A stretch of DNA of 56,471 nucleotides from Eubacteriales bacterium (GCA_031546735.1 JAVBJY010000100.1:1-56471), one strand, 5' to 3'. Counted from the stretch's first letter, positions 17,602-27,711 are shown. Made by a program: numbers and translations. The notes: generated from the sequence alone by a model not told the origin.

Positions 17602-17630
17602 TATAGTATGTACATTTTTTATTTTGGTGC
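17602..17630 (-). promoter_or_regulatory. sigmaK-like mother-cell promoter
   Basis: Minus strand gcAC-N16-CATACTATA, close to the AC-N16-CATAnnnT consensus. Confidence 0.5.
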
Positions 17631-17744
17631 GTAAATATGTGCAAGCTTGAAAGGTGATGCCGCGTATGATATGATAAATGCAACGTATACACTGCAACTG
17701 ATACACTGTCGGGCACTAAATACAGCGAAAGGAACGTGCGTTTA

Positions 17745-20348
17745 ATGAAAGTACAAAGTGATCGCAGACCAACGGTTTCACTTTCACAGGGCACAGACGC
17801 CACCACCCAAAAGAACACGTCCCCAAGGGCAACGATGCCTGAAAGCACACCGTCTGTTAAGGGTGAAATCACGGCGCTAACCAAGGACGACGTCACCATT
17901 AAGTTGTCAAACGGGCAGCAAATCAGTGGCAAACTGACAAACCCCGAAGAAGCCGAACTGGGGATGACAGCCGAGTTTGCCATGCGCAAAGGGGAGAATG
18001 GGGCAGTGCTTTTAGAAGTACAACCCACGGCGAAAGAGGTAACGCTCGAGTCAAGGCTTACGGATACGCTCAAATCTTTTGGCTTTAAAGCCGATGGCGA
18101 TCACATCGAACTGGTTAAAAATCTTATGAACAACGACTTCCCTGTGACAAAGGAAATGATTCAAAAGCTAAACCAAGCCGTCAAACTGATGGGCAAGGAG
18201 AATATAGATAAGGCACTGTTTTTTTTAGAAAACGAAATGAACATCAATGTCAAAAACGCCGACACATTGCAAGCCTATACACGGCAAGAAACGAAAATTG
18301 ACAACCAAATCAATGACTTTGTAAAAAATATTTTGGGCACTGACAACAAAGCGGTAAAGCAACTGCTTGCCGATATCATCTTAGGCAAAGAGGGTCGCAC
18401 GCCATCAAATGCCGCTTCCACTGCGGAGGACGCGCTGACAAAAGATATCGAAGCATTCATACAGGCGTTACCAAAAGCAAAAGAAGTCGCATCAACACCC
18501 GCCGATACGCAAGTTGCGGCAAGGTCTGTCAACGATACACCTGTAAAAGAATTGCTGGCATCCAATGATCCCGCATTCGTGGGGCTTAAAAAATTATTAG
18601 AATCGAGCGCGCCAGAGTTTAGAACACTGCGCCTGCTCATTCAAAACAAAGAGTTATCGGTAGGCGATTTAAAGGACATGTTGCAGAACAATGCCCCCGA
18701 AGTGAAAGAACTGAAAAAGTATCTGGATAACAACGCGCCCGTGACAAGAGAACTACAAAAATTTTTAAATGCAAGTGATGTAGATGCGCAACCGGCTCCG
18801 AAAACGCCGATGACCGCTGCCGCGACAACGACCGCTGCGACAACAACTGCTGCGCCAACGACCGCTCCGTCAACAACCACGACCGCAACCGCCGCGACAA
18901 CAACCGCCCCGACAATGACCGTAGATACAAATGCGGCAGACCCGAGAGCCGCTGCGAAAGCGATAAGCGACACACCGGTGAAAGAGATGCTAACAGCCAA
19001 CGACCCCGCCTTTGCAGGGCTTAAAAAATTAGTAGAATCGGGCGTGCCCGAGTTTAGACCACTACGTTTGCTTATTCAAAACAAAGACGTATCAGTCGGC
19101 GATTTGAAGGACATGTTGCAAAACAACACCCCCGAAGTGAAAGAACTGAAAAAATATCTGGATAACAACGCGCCCATCATGAGAGAACTGCAAAAGCTTC
19201 TAAACGCCATAGATGGGGCAACACAAGGGGCAATGGGTGCAAAAGCCGTGGGCAACACACCAGTGAAAGACATGTTAAAAGCAGACGACCCCGCTTTTGT
19301 CGGGCTCAAAAAATTGCTGACCACAGACACGCCTGAATTTAGCGGTCTAAAATATATGATAGACAAAAACGGCTTGACCATTGGCGACTTAAAAGCACAA
19401 CTGACATCGGGTTCGCCCATCACAGCTGAATTGAAAAAATACATAGACATGAACTCACCCAACACGCGAGAACTGAAAAATCTGCTCGAATCGTTGGATG
19501 CGCCGCCTCCGCAAGCGGAAAAAAATGCACCGACGCCAAGCGAAAAGCCACCCGCCGATACCCAACCCCCGACAGAACCAAAAGCCACCCGAAATGGGTA
19601 CGAATCGCTACAAAAATCGGTAGAGCAAGATGTTTTCGAAAAACTGGATGCACTGTTGAAACAGCGCATGCCGGACGCGTCAGCGGCCAAGCTGTTTTTA
19701 GAAAACCCTGAATTTCACAAAAAGGTTTCGCAACTCATTCATCTGAAAACAGACAATGCAAGACAGCTAGCCGACGCACTATCCTTTGATGCCAACAACA
19801 AAAACGTAGACGACCTAGAAAAATTTATAAACGAACTTTCATCAAAACTAGAGACGATGAAGCATGTGCCAGAGGGGGAAAGCAAGCTTTCGAAAAACAT
19901 CGAAGAGTTGCAAAACAACTTGAAGTTTATGTCTGAAGTGAAAAACAATGTATATGTACAAATCCCATTCCAGTTTCAAGACAACAAAACAACGGGGGAG
20001 TTGTATATTTTTAAAGACAAGCGAAGCAAGCAAAAAAAAGAAGGCGACACCCAAAGCGCGCTTCTGGCGTTAGATTTGGTAAGCCTTGGGCACTTCGAAG
20101 CCTATATTCAAAAGACGAACAAGTCGGTCAAGTGCCAGTTTCGAATCGACAACGAGCAAGCAGAAAAGGCCATCAAACACAACATCCGTGCCCTTGCCCA
20201 AAAACTAAGCGAGCATCAGTATTCACTAGACTATTATGGCTTTAAAGAGATAGATGAATCGTTCACGGTTGTGGATAAAAAGCCAACCATTGAAGAGGAA
20301 GTACTCCCGGCTGAGACAAAAAAATTCATATTCGACAGGCGTACATAA
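17745..20348 (+). CDS. FliK-like (hook-length control / YlqG-type) protein with internal repeats
   Basis: C-terminal YVQIPF...GELYIF...SALLALDLVSLGHFEAYI...FDRR resembles clostridial FliK-annotated proteins; three ~83-aa repeats and a Thr/Ala linker. Confidence 0.65.
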   Translation: MKVQSDRRPTVSLSQGTDATTQKNTSPRATMPESTPSVKGEITALTKDDVTIKLSNGQQISGKLTNPEEAELGMTAEFAMRKGENGAVLLEVQPTAKEVTLESRLTDTLKSFGFKADGDHIELVKNLMNNDFPVTKEMIQKLNQAVKLMGKENIDKALFFLENEMNINVKNADTLQAYTRQETKIDNQINDFVKNILGTDNKAVKQLLADIILGKEGRTPSNAASTAEDALTKDIEAFIQALPKAKEVASTPADTQVAARSVNDTPVKELLASNDPAFVGLKKLLESSAPEFRTLRLLIQNKELSVGDLKDMLQNNAPEVKELKKYLDNNAPVTRELQKFLNASDVDAQPAPKTPMTAAATTTAATTTAAPTTAPSTTTTATAATTTAPTMTVDTNAADPRAAAKAISDTPVKEMLTANDPAFAGLKKLVESGVPEFRPLRLLIQNKDVSVGDLKDMLQNNTPEVKELKKYLDNNAPIMRELQKLLNAIDGATQGAMGAKAVGNTPVKDMLKADDPAFVGLKKLLTTDTPEFSGLKYMIDKNGLTIGDLKAQLTSGSPITAELKKYIDMNSPNTRELKNLLESLDAPPPQAEKNAPTPSEKPPADTQPPTEPKATRNGYESLQKSVEQDVFEKLDALLKQRMPDASAAKLFLENPEFHKKVSQLIHLKTDNARQLADALSFDANNKNVDDLEKFINELSSKLETMKHVPEGESKLSKNIEELQNNLKFMSEVKNNVYVQIPFQFQDNKTTGELYIFKDKRSKQKKEGDTQSALLALDLVSLGHFEAYIQKTNKSVKCQFRIDNEQAEKAIKHNIRALAQKLSEHQYSLDYYGFKEIDESFTVVDKKPTIEEEVLPAETKKFIFDRRT

Positions 20349-20405
20349 AAAAACTTCAAGATAAAATTTACGTGTTGCATAATCATGTGGTATAATGTAC
20401 AAATA

Positions 20406-20419
20406 TGTATTAAAATGCA
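20406..20419. promoter_or_regulatory. ArgR/AhrC ARG box
   Basis: TGTATTAAAATGCA fits TGnATwwwwATnCA; lies just downstream of an extended -10 TGTGGTATAAT; weaker box at 20376-20389. Confidence 0.55.
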
Positions 20420-20483
20420 AATAAGAAAATGAAAACTTGCGCATGGTAGTATACCTAACAACAGCCCACGGAGGAAGAACGAG

Positions 20484-21323
20484 ATGAAAAAACGAGTAAA
20501 GACATGGAAAATGATCGGATTATCTGCATTGGCACTGGCGGTTGTGCTTGGCACGGCCACAGGATGCCAAAAGAAAGCAGATGCAGGCACACAGTTTAAA
20601 GTAGGATTGGAATGTGCGTACGCGCCGTTTAACTGGACGCAGACGACTGATGAAAATGGTGCCGTTAAAATCGACAGCACAAGCTATGCCGGCGGCTATG
20701 ACGTAGAGATTGCAAAACGCGTAGCAGAAGGGCTTGGTCGTGAACTTGTGATCGTGAAAACAGATTGGGACGGGTTGCTTCCGGGCGTTACCTCAGGCAA
20801 AATTGACGCCATCATCGCAGGCATGTCGCCCACAGACGAAAGACGTCAATCCATCGATTTTACAGACAACTATTATGTATCTGATTTGGTAGTCGTGGTG
20901 GATAAAAACGGTCCTTACGCCAATGCGAAAACACTGGCAGACCTATCAGGTGCCAAAATCACTGGGCAGCTGAATACATTTCATTATTCGGTCATCGATC
21001 AAATCCCAAGTGTAGACAAGCAAACGGCGATGGAAGATTTTCCGACGATGATTACAGCGTTGACGTCAGGCAAAGTGGACGGATATGTGTCAGAGCGTCC
21101 GGGTGCCATTTCGGCAATCGCAAGCAACCCGAACTTAACTTATATTTTGTTTGACGAGGGCAAAGGGTTTCAATATGCAGCAGACGATGCCGCCATTGCG
21201 ATTGGTGTGAAGAAAGACAGCGAACTAACCGCCAAAATCAATGAAATATTGTCAAAGATCCCTGAGAGTGATCGCCAAGCGATGATGGAAGCGGCCGTAA
21301 AAAACCAACCCGCTGCGAATTAA
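20484..21323 (+). CDS. Polar amino-acid ABC transporter substrate-binding lipoprotein
   Basis: Lipobox ATGC; VGLECAYAPFNW, GYDVEIA, IDAIIAGMSPTDER. Confidence 0.93.
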   Translation: MKKRVKTWKMIGLSALALAVVLGTATGCQKKADAGTQFKVGLECAYAPFNWTQTTDENGAVKIDSTSYAGGYDVEIAKRVAEGLGRELVIVKTDWDGLLPGVTSGKIDAIIAGMSPTDERRQSIDFTDNYYVSDLVVVVDKNGPYANAKTLADLSGAKITGQLNTFHYSVIDQIPSVDKQTAMEDFPTMITALTSGKVDGYVSERPGAISAIASNPNLTYILFDEGKGFQYAADDAAIAIGVKKDSELTAKINEILSKIPESDRQAMMEAAVKNQPAAN

Positions 21324-21362
21324 TTGCGAAAATAATAACTGTTAAAGCGAAGGAAGTTGAAA

Positions 21363-22169
21363 ATGGATACAATTGTGGACAGAACTTTTTTTGAGTGGGT
21401 ATTTTTTATCATCGATCGGTATGGTGAATGGTTTATAAAAGGCGCGGGCATCACGATGTTGATTGCGCTGTCGGGCACCATTATCGGATTTTTTATCGGG
21501 CTTGTCGTGAGCGTGATCCGCACCATCCCACTGGATAAAAATGTACAGCGCTTTTCAGCCAAGGCGATTATTTTAAAAGTAGTAAATTTTATGTTGACTT
21601 GTTACATCGAGATCTTTCGCGGCACGCCGATGATGGTACAAGCTGTCGTCATTTACTACGGCTTGATGGAGGGCTTCGGCTTCGACATATCGCCGCTTGC
21701 CGCCGGTATCGTCATCGTGTCGATTAACACCGGTGCCTACATGGCAGAAGTCATCCGCGGGGGCATCGAGTCCATCGACAAAGGGCAAACCGAGGCGGCG
21801 CATGCCGTTGGTATGACCCATGCGCAAACGATGATCAGCGTCATTTTGCCCCAAGCAATTCGCAATATTTTGCCAGCAACCGGCAACGAATTTGTCATCA
21901 ATATCAAAGACACCTCCGTGCTGAATGTTATCTCGGTGACAGAGCTGTTTTTTATGACCAAGTCTGTAAAGGGCGCGATTTTTCGTACATATGAAGTGTT
22001 TTTGGTGGCGGCAGTTATTTATTTTGTCCTTACGTTCACCGTCACAAGAATTTTACGTTTGTTAGAAAAAAAATTAGATGGGCCGGATAGTTATACAATT
22101 TACGGTTCCTCCACGATGGTCGATTCAAAGTTTAAATTAAACGCGGACAGTTTGAAGCGGAAGCGGTGA
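21363..22169 (+). CDS. Polar amino-acid ABC transporter permease
   Basis: FRGTPMMVQ, AYMAEVIRGGI, GQTEAA loop; start could be 21357. Confidence 0.93.
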   Translation: MDTIVDRTFFEWVFFIIDRYGEWFIKGAGITMLIALSGTIIGFFIGLVVSVIRTIPLDKNVQRFSAKAIILKVVNFMLTCYIEIFRGTPMMVQAVVIYYGLMEGFGFDISPLAAGIVIVSINTGAYMAEVIRGGIESIDKGQTEAAHAVGMTHAQTMISVILPQAIRNILPATGNEFVINIKDTSVLNVISVTELFFMTKSVKGAIFRTYEVFLVAAVIYFVLTFTVTRILRLLEKKLDGPDSYTIYGSSTMVDSKFKLNADSLKRKR

Positions 22170-22202
22170 TTCGTCCAGTACACGTGCAAAAGGAGAGCGC
22201 AT

Positions 22203-22940
22203 ATGAACCCCACAGTAATCGAGGTAAAAAATCTTTGCAAGCGGTTTCATAAAAATGATATTCTAAAAGGCATTAATTTTACCGTCACAAAAGGCGAAGT
22301 TGTATGTTTAATCGGTGCCAGTGGTTCTGGAAAATCTACTTTTTTACGTTGCATCAACCTGCTAGAGTGGCCCACCTCCGGTGAAATTTATTTTCACGGG
22401 CAGAATGTGGTAGACCCGGGCTACCGTGCCAATGTATACAGAACCAAAATGGGCATGGTGTTTCAGCAGTTTAACCTGTTTAGCAACCTAACCGCCATTG
22501 AGAACTGCGTGGTCGGGCAAGTGAAGGTGCAGAAAAAGAACCGTTCAGATGCACAAAAGGTAGCGATGGAATATTTAGAAAAAGTAGGCATGTCACAATT
22601 TATCAATGCTCGCCCGGCACAACTATCCGGCGGGCAGAAGCAACGTGTGGCCATCGCCCGCGCGCTTTCGATGGAGCCAGAGGCACTGCTGTTTGACGAG
22701 CCGACATCGGCGCTTGACCCAGAAATGGTGGGCGAAGTGCTAAAGGTCATCAATGACTTGGCGAAGACAGGCTTGACGATGATGATTGTGACCCACGAAA
22801 TGCATTTTTGCCAAGAAGTCGCCCACCGTGTCGCTTTTATGGCAGATGGCATTATCGCAGAGGAAGGCACGCCGGATGTCATCTTCTCAAATCCTAGAAA
22901 TGAAAGAACCCGAACCTTTTTAAACCGTGTTGTGCGGTAA
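22203..22940 (+). CDS. Polar amino-acid ABC transporter ATPase (GlnQ-like)
   Basis: [35 protein letters not shown]. Confidence 0.95.
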   Translation: MNPTVIEVKNLCKRFHKNDILKGINFTVTKGEVVCLIGASGSGKSTFLRCINLLEWPTSGEIYFHGQNVVDPGYRANVYRTKMGMVFQQFNLFSNLTAIENCVVGQVKVQKKNRSDAQKVAMEYLEKVGMSQFINARPAQLSGGQKQRVAIARALSMEPEALLFDEPTSALDPEMVGEVLKVINDLAKTGLTMMIVTHEMHFCQEVAHRVAFMADGIIAEEGTPDVIFSNPRNERTRTFLNRVVR

Positions 22941-22972
22941 ATAAAAAAGTTTGCAAAGCAAACTTTTAACCG

Positions 22973-23012
22973 CTGTTCCTGAAGCACCGCGACAAGTCGC
23001 GGCTAGGAACAG
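22973..23012. repeat. Palindromic REP-like element; partial second copy at about 26514-26540
   Basis: CTGTTCCT...CCGCGAC-aa-GTCGCGG-ct-AGGAACAG; its reverse complement resembles CGCACTGTTCCTAGTGGCGACGAGTC at 26514. Confidence 0.45.
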
Positions 23013-23033
23013 TACGAAGCACTTTCCTAACAG

Positions 23034-23086
23034 ATAAAAAAACCTTGAAACCACGCGATTTTGTCGTGCGTTTCAAGGTTTTTTTA
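23034..23086 (+). terminator. Intrinsic terminator of the ABC operon
   Basis: AAAAAAACCTTGAAAC...GTTTCAAGGTTTTTTT. Confidence 0.75.
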
Positions 23087-23341
23087 TGCGTTAGAGCGTG
23101 TCTGATAAGAGATGATAGGCGACAATCAGGAAAGACAAAACAAACAGATCATTGGCGGATATATGCAAAAAAATAGATATATGATATACTGAAACTGAAA
23201 AATGAAATTATATGGAGTCTATCATGTGTACGAAATATGGTATATGAACGTACGTTACGACTCACCCGATTGACCAATGTAAAAATCGCCGTTTGCGCAG
23301 CTCTACTTGTACTGACACATAACGGCAGGATGGAGATTATT

Positions 23342-24121
23342 ATGCATTTGTTTAGTGCCAGTTCTTTGCTTAATGAGAACAACATAAAAGAAATAATAAG
23401 CTTTGCAAACAATCCGAAAAAGTTAAGAAATAGCTTGATTAAAGCAAAGAAAACGCTTTTAGAAGCATATAATTTTATAGTTTATAATACACCCGAAGAT
23501 TTTACGACTACTTCTTATATAATAGCAGCCAATCATCTAACGGATGCAGATGCTCTGCTGATAATGAGTTATTATTATGAACTTATGCATCAAGTCATAG
23601 ATACTTACCCAGAGCTATTTGTTTTCGCTAAAGAAGATTGTTTTAATGGTGTTTCCATACCTAAAGAATTAGCGCCGATATTGGAGTCGGAAAAAGTTTT
23701 CGCAGTTAACCGTAAAAGTGTTGATGGATCAAGGGCGACGATAAAAGCTGCAATAAAGTGGTTTAATGAAGGTACCCCCCCAAAGCATTTTCTAATATTC
23801 TCTCAAGGGACAATTTATGACATAAATAAAGATAGGGCGGAAGATATTGAGAAGGGCGCATTCTGGTTGGCTAGATTACTGGGTATTTCCGTTTTGCCGG
23901 CTTTTATTGAGCAGGCTGTTGAAGGGGACGAGAATCGGTTAATATTTGGGAAACCAATTTTTATATCAAAAGACTGCCGAAATATTGATGAGTATAAGCA
24001 ATTATGGCTAGACAGAGTAATTGAAGCACAGAATGAATTAAAGTCGCTTACGGGAACGCCAGCAAGAGAAGCTGTGCTTGATGAAGAGCATCAAACGCGA
24101 AAAAGGTTTAGACCAATATAA
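23342..24121 (+). CDS. Lysophospholipid/PlsC-like acyltransferase
   Basis: ANHLTDAD (HX4D), FVFAKE, IFSQGT, KGAFWLA; AT-rich coding region. Confidence 0.75.
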   Translation: MHLFSASSLLNENNIKEIISFANNPKKLRNSLIKAKKTLLEAYNFIVYNTPEDFTTTSYIIAANHLTDADALLIMSYYYELMHQVIDTYPELFVFAKEDCFNGVSIPKELAPILESEKVFAVNRKSVDGSRATIKAAIKWFNEGTPPKHFLIFSQGTIYDINKDRAEDIEKGAFWLARLLGISVLPAFIEQAVEGDENRLIFGKPIFISKDCRNIDEYKQLWLDRVIEAQNELKSLTGTPAREAVLDEEHQTRKRFRPI

Positions 24122-24168
24122 AAATAAATAAATAAAATCTCTTGATAAGATATTCTAATTGAACGTTC

Positions 24169-24524
24169 TTTACGGGCATTTTAGAAATAAACACCCTTGA
24201 ATTACCGAAGTTACCTGAAGAGAAAGATGGTACATTATTATGGAATTGGCTATGATTGCACAAGCGAATCCACAAATTGAAAAAGCGGTTGTTGTTTTGA
24301 AGGAATTGAGTGGGGATGAACGAACGAGGCTTCTTGAGGAGTCAAGGGAAAAGGCCAGACGTGACCAAAGGTCGAGAGAAGACCACGCATTCGAACAGGG
24401 GATGCTTAACACAAAAGTTGAAATCATTAAAAGTGCATTAGAAATGAATATGACAATACATGATATTGCAAAATTGACGCATTTAACAGCTGATGAAATT
24501 GAGAACATAGCAAGAGAGCTTTAA
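24169..24524 (+). pseudogene. 3' remnant of an Rpn / PD-(D/E)XK putative transposase-family gene
   Basis: Frame 1 FTGILEINTLELPKLPEEKDGTLLWNWL*; frame 2 ELAMIAQANPQIEKAV...REKARRD...IAKLTHLTADEI; catalytic N-terminus absent. Confidence 0.75.
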
Positions 24525-24530
24525 TGGTGT

Positions 24531-24872
24531 CTAGTCGGCGCTGTGCGCCGTGGTGGTTTTATATTTAATCCCCCAACTTTGCATTTCTCGTATGGTGTCA
24601 TGCAATTCTCTTCCGATAGTTGTGAGTGAGTATTCTACTCTTGTGGGCACTTCTGCAAAGATCTCTCTTGTAATCAATCCATCTTCTTCCATACTGCGCA
24701 AATTATCGGTTAAAACTTTTTGACTGATATCAGGAATGGATTTTTTAAGTTCGCCAAAGCGCATTGTGCCACTTAATAAATGGTATACAAGTAATGGTTT
24801 CCACTTGTTTCCGATTACGTTAATGGTGGCCTCCATAGGGCAATCTAGTATTCTCGTATGCATCTTTCTCAT
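24531..24872 (-). CDS. HxlR-family winged-helix transcriptional regulator
   Basis: CPMEATINVIGNKWK, RFGELK, ISQKVLT, PTRVEYSLT; N-terminal Cys. Confidence 0.93.
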   Translation of the reverse strand: MRKMHTRILDCPMEATINVIGNKWKPLLVYHLLSGTMRFGELKKSIPDISQKVLTDNLRSMEEDGLITREIFAEVPTRVEYSLTTIGRELHDTIREMQSWGIKYKTTTAHSAD

Positions 24873-24880
24873 TCTCCCCT

Positions 24881-24949
24881 TGGTTACTTATAGGTACCTA
24901 CCTTACAATAATGTGCCTACTTGTTTTTTGTTACTTGCACCATTATAAT
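24881..24949 (+). promoter_or_regulatory. HxlR-type 40-bp operator abutting promoter of pirin-nitroreductase
   Basis: TGGTTACTTATAGGTACCTACCTTACAATAATGTGCCTAC followed by TTGTTT-N17-TATAAT; motif recurs twice more. Confidence 0.75.
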
Positions 24950-25003
24950 TGAAACGATCACGAAATGCAATACGATATAGGCACCGAGAAGAGAGGGCGT
25001 ATA

Positions 25004-25708
25004 ATGTTACGATATTTAGAAAACAAAAACATGGGGAGAGGAAAGTATCCGTGGCTGGATGCGATTTATCATTTTTCATTTGCAAACTACTATAACCCAG
25101 ATAACATACAGTTTGGTATTTTGCGTGTAGTCAATGATGACCTTATAAGCCCAGAAACAGGATTTGATACACATCCGCACAAAAACATGGAGATCATTAC
25201 GTATGTTGTTGATGGGGCAATCACACACGTGGATAGCATGAAAAATAAACGCACGTTAACCCGTGGACAGGTGCAGTATATGAGCGCCGGCACAGGCGTC
25301 TTGCATAGTGAACATAATCTTGGCAAGGAGATGCTCAGATCTCTACAAATTTGGATATTGCCAGACAAAGATGGGTACGAACCAAATTATGGTGATTATC
25401 AATTTGATTGGGCAGACCGAGAAAATAAATGGATGCCAATTGCAACGGGAAGCGATGCGTCAACCGCACCCATCCGTATACATGCGGATATGAACGTCTA
25501 CGCGACAGAAGTTTTAAAAGGCACCAAGATTGAGTTTAAAGTCGCCGCCAATCGGCAGGCATATCTTATACTCATTGAAGGTGAAGCACAGATAGACGAA
25601 TATACTTTATTTTCCAGAGACGCGATAGAGATAGTTGGGCAAGATATTATTGTAAACGCAAAAGAAACTTCCCATATGATCGTTTTTGAAATGAAAAAAG
25701 AAAACTAA
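25004..25708 (+). CDS. Pirin-family protein
   Basis: HFSFANYY, LRVVNDD, GFDTHPH, MSAGTGVLHSE, QIWILP. Confidence 0.93.
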   Translation: MLRYLENKNMGRGKYPWLDAIYHFSFANYYNPDNIQFGILRVVNDDLISPETGFDTHPHKNMEIITYVVDGAITHVDSMKNKRTLTRGQVQYMSAGTGVLHSEHNLGKEMLRSLQIWILPDKDGYEPNYGDYQFDWADRENKWMPIATGSDASTAPIRIHADMNVYATEVLKGTKIEFKVAANRQAYLILIEGEAQIDEYTLFSRDAIEIVGQDIIVNAKETSHMIVFEMKKEN

Positions 25709-25728
25709 ATTTAAAGGAGGCAATACCC

Positions 25729-26328
25729 ATGTCGAAAGACTTTCAAGAAGCAATCAAAAACAGACGAACCTATTACAACATTGGTGACAAATCAAAGGTA
25801 TCAAACGAACGGATACGAGAAGTGGTAGAAGAAGCCGTGATGCAAGCGCCAACGGCGTTTAATTCACAAAGCGCCAGAGTGATGGTTTTGTTGGGTGAGC
25901 ACCACAAAACACTTTGGAATATTGTGATGGAGGCTTTAAGGAAGGTAGTACCAGCCGCCCAATTCCAATCGACAGAAGATAAAATTAATTCTTTTGCAAA
26001 TGGGTATGGAACCGTGTTATTTTTTGAAGATGCCAAGGTCGTGAAAGGGCTACAAGAAAAATTTGCGCTTTACAAAGATAACTTTCCCATTTGGTCACAG
26101 CAGTCTAGCGGCATGCTCCAGTATATGATCTGGACAGCGCTCGAACTCGAGGGATTTGGCGTTTCGTTGCAACATTATAACCAACTCATCGAGGATGCAG
26201 TAAAGAAACAATGGCACATCGCAGAGGAATGGAACATGATCGGTCAAATGCCGTTTGGTTTGCCTACAGCCGACCCAGACGCCAAAACCTATGAACCAAT
26301 CGGCGATCGATTAATCGTGTTAGAATAA
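25729..26328 (+). CDS. Nitroreductase-family protein (Frm2-like)
   Basis: RRTYY, PTAFNSQSAR, SLQHYN, QMPFG; AAGGAGG RBS. Confidence 0.9.
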   Translation: MSKDFQEAIKNRRTYYNIGDKSKVSNERIREVVEEAVMQAPTAFNSQSARVMVLLGEHHKTLWNIVMEALRKVVPAAQFQSTEDKINSFANGYGTVLFFEDAKVVKGLQEKFALYKDNFPIWSQQSSGMLQYMIWTALELEGFGVSLQHYNQLIEDAVKKQWHIAEEWNMIGQMPFGLPTADPDAKTYEPIGDRLIVLE

Positions 26329-26330
26329 TG

Positions 26331-26375
26331 AAAGCCCCAAGTATAGCGCTCCGGTGTTATACTTGGGCTTTTTTT
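26331..26375 (+). terminator. Intrinsic terminator
   Basis: CCCAAGTATAGC...GTTATACTTGGG followed by a T tract. Confidence 0.75.
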
Positions 26376-26746
26376 GCGTTGGCTCATTATAATCTATTGC
26401 ATGTATCCATTTTGTGGTTTTTATGCCCGTCAAAGAGTAATGCTTCAATCGATATCAAAAAAACATGCCAAGATGCAGGATATGTTGTATAATGTGAAAA
26501 AGAACGCTAGAGCGCACTGTTCCTAGTGGCGACGAGTCAAGATGTTATATGGATTGTGCAGTAGGTATGGGTTGGAAATTTGCTTTATAGGGCATATTGT
26601 GCATTTCATTTTTATATCTTAATCAGGTGGTACTTACACACAAAGTTTGTTTTCGCGGGGGCGGTCGTCAAGCATGTTGGCTTTGAAACAGTAAAAGAAA
26701 TTAGATTTATCCGTAAATATATACAAAACAATAGGGGGAAATAAAA

Positions 26747-27652
26747 ATGAATAATGATGGTGTGTTTACGATACTGATTGTGGATGATGAGAAGAGCAAT
26801 CTTGCCATTTTGTCACGCATACTGGATAGAGACTATAAACTGTTGATTGCAAAAAACGGAGTTTCTGCGCTAAAAATCGCGAAGGAAAGGCAACCAGACC
26901 TTATTTTGCTAGATGTGCTGATGCCGGATATCAGTGGATTTGATGTACTGATATCGTTGAAAAATATCGAAGCCACACAGGCGATCCCGGTTATCTTTAT
27001 TACAGGGTTAGACAGTGTAAAAGACGAAGCGAAAGGCTTTCTTCTAGGGGCGGTCGACTATATCACAAAGCCCTTTGATAACACAGTGGTGAGGGCGCGG
27101 GTCAACACCCATGCGCAGATCGTAAGACAAATTCGCACCATCGAGAAGCTCACATTGCTAGATCCTCTGACAAACATCCCAAATGTACGAAAATTTTATG
27201 CGCAAATAAAGCTTGAATGGGACAAGGCGATAAAAGAGAAGACACCAGTCAGCATGATGATGATTGATGCCGATTGGTTTAAACAATACAATGACACCTA
27301 CGGACACCCCCAAGGGGATGTTCTGCTGAAAGCGTTGGCGAAAACATTAATGGTGTCGATTGACTCGCCGCCAGATTTGATTGCCCGAATGGGTGGAGAA
27401 GAATTTGCCATCATCTTACCGGGTGCCGATTTAGAAGAGGCGATGTATAAGGCTGAGATACTCAGATCATGTGTGGAAGAAGTACGGGTGCCGCGCCTAA
27501 GCGATAACACCCCGACAAGCATAACGGCGAGTATCGGCGTGGCAACGGCGTTGCCTTGGAAAAGCGATCTCATCGAAGATCTCATGTCACAGGCCGATGT
27601 TGCGCTGTATAAGGCAAAATCGGAGGGAAGAAACAGAGTCGCTTCATCATAA
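26747..27652 (+). CDS. REC-GGDEF diguanylate cyclase response regulator
   Basis: REC (VDDE, LDVLMP, KPF); DADWFKQYNDTYGH; ARMGGEEF; ALYKAKSEGRN. Confidence 0.93.
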   Translation: MNNDGVFTILIVDDEKSNLAILSRILDRDYKLLIAKNGVSALKIAKERQPDLILLDVLMPDISGFDVLISLKNIEATQAIPVIFITGLDSVKDEAKGFLLGAVDYITKPFDNTVVRARVNTHAQIVRQIRTIEKLTLLDPLTNIPNVRKFYAQIKLEWDKAIKEKTPVSMMMIDADWFKQYNDTYGHPQGDVLLKALAKTLMVSIDSPPDLIARMGGEEFAIILPGADLEEAMYKAEILRSCVEEVRVPRLSDNTPTSITASIGVATALPWKSDLIEDLMSQADVALYKAKSEGRNRVASS

Positions 27653-27711
27653 CGTGCAGAAAATATTCGACACAAAGAAGCGCATGGCAAATGATTAATT
27701 CTGAATATATA

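Noticed and set aside
17438-18073. N-terminal extension of the 564-aa ORF
   Set aside because: Overlaps the divergent FliK-like gene and the promoter region; a strong RBS supports GTG 17437
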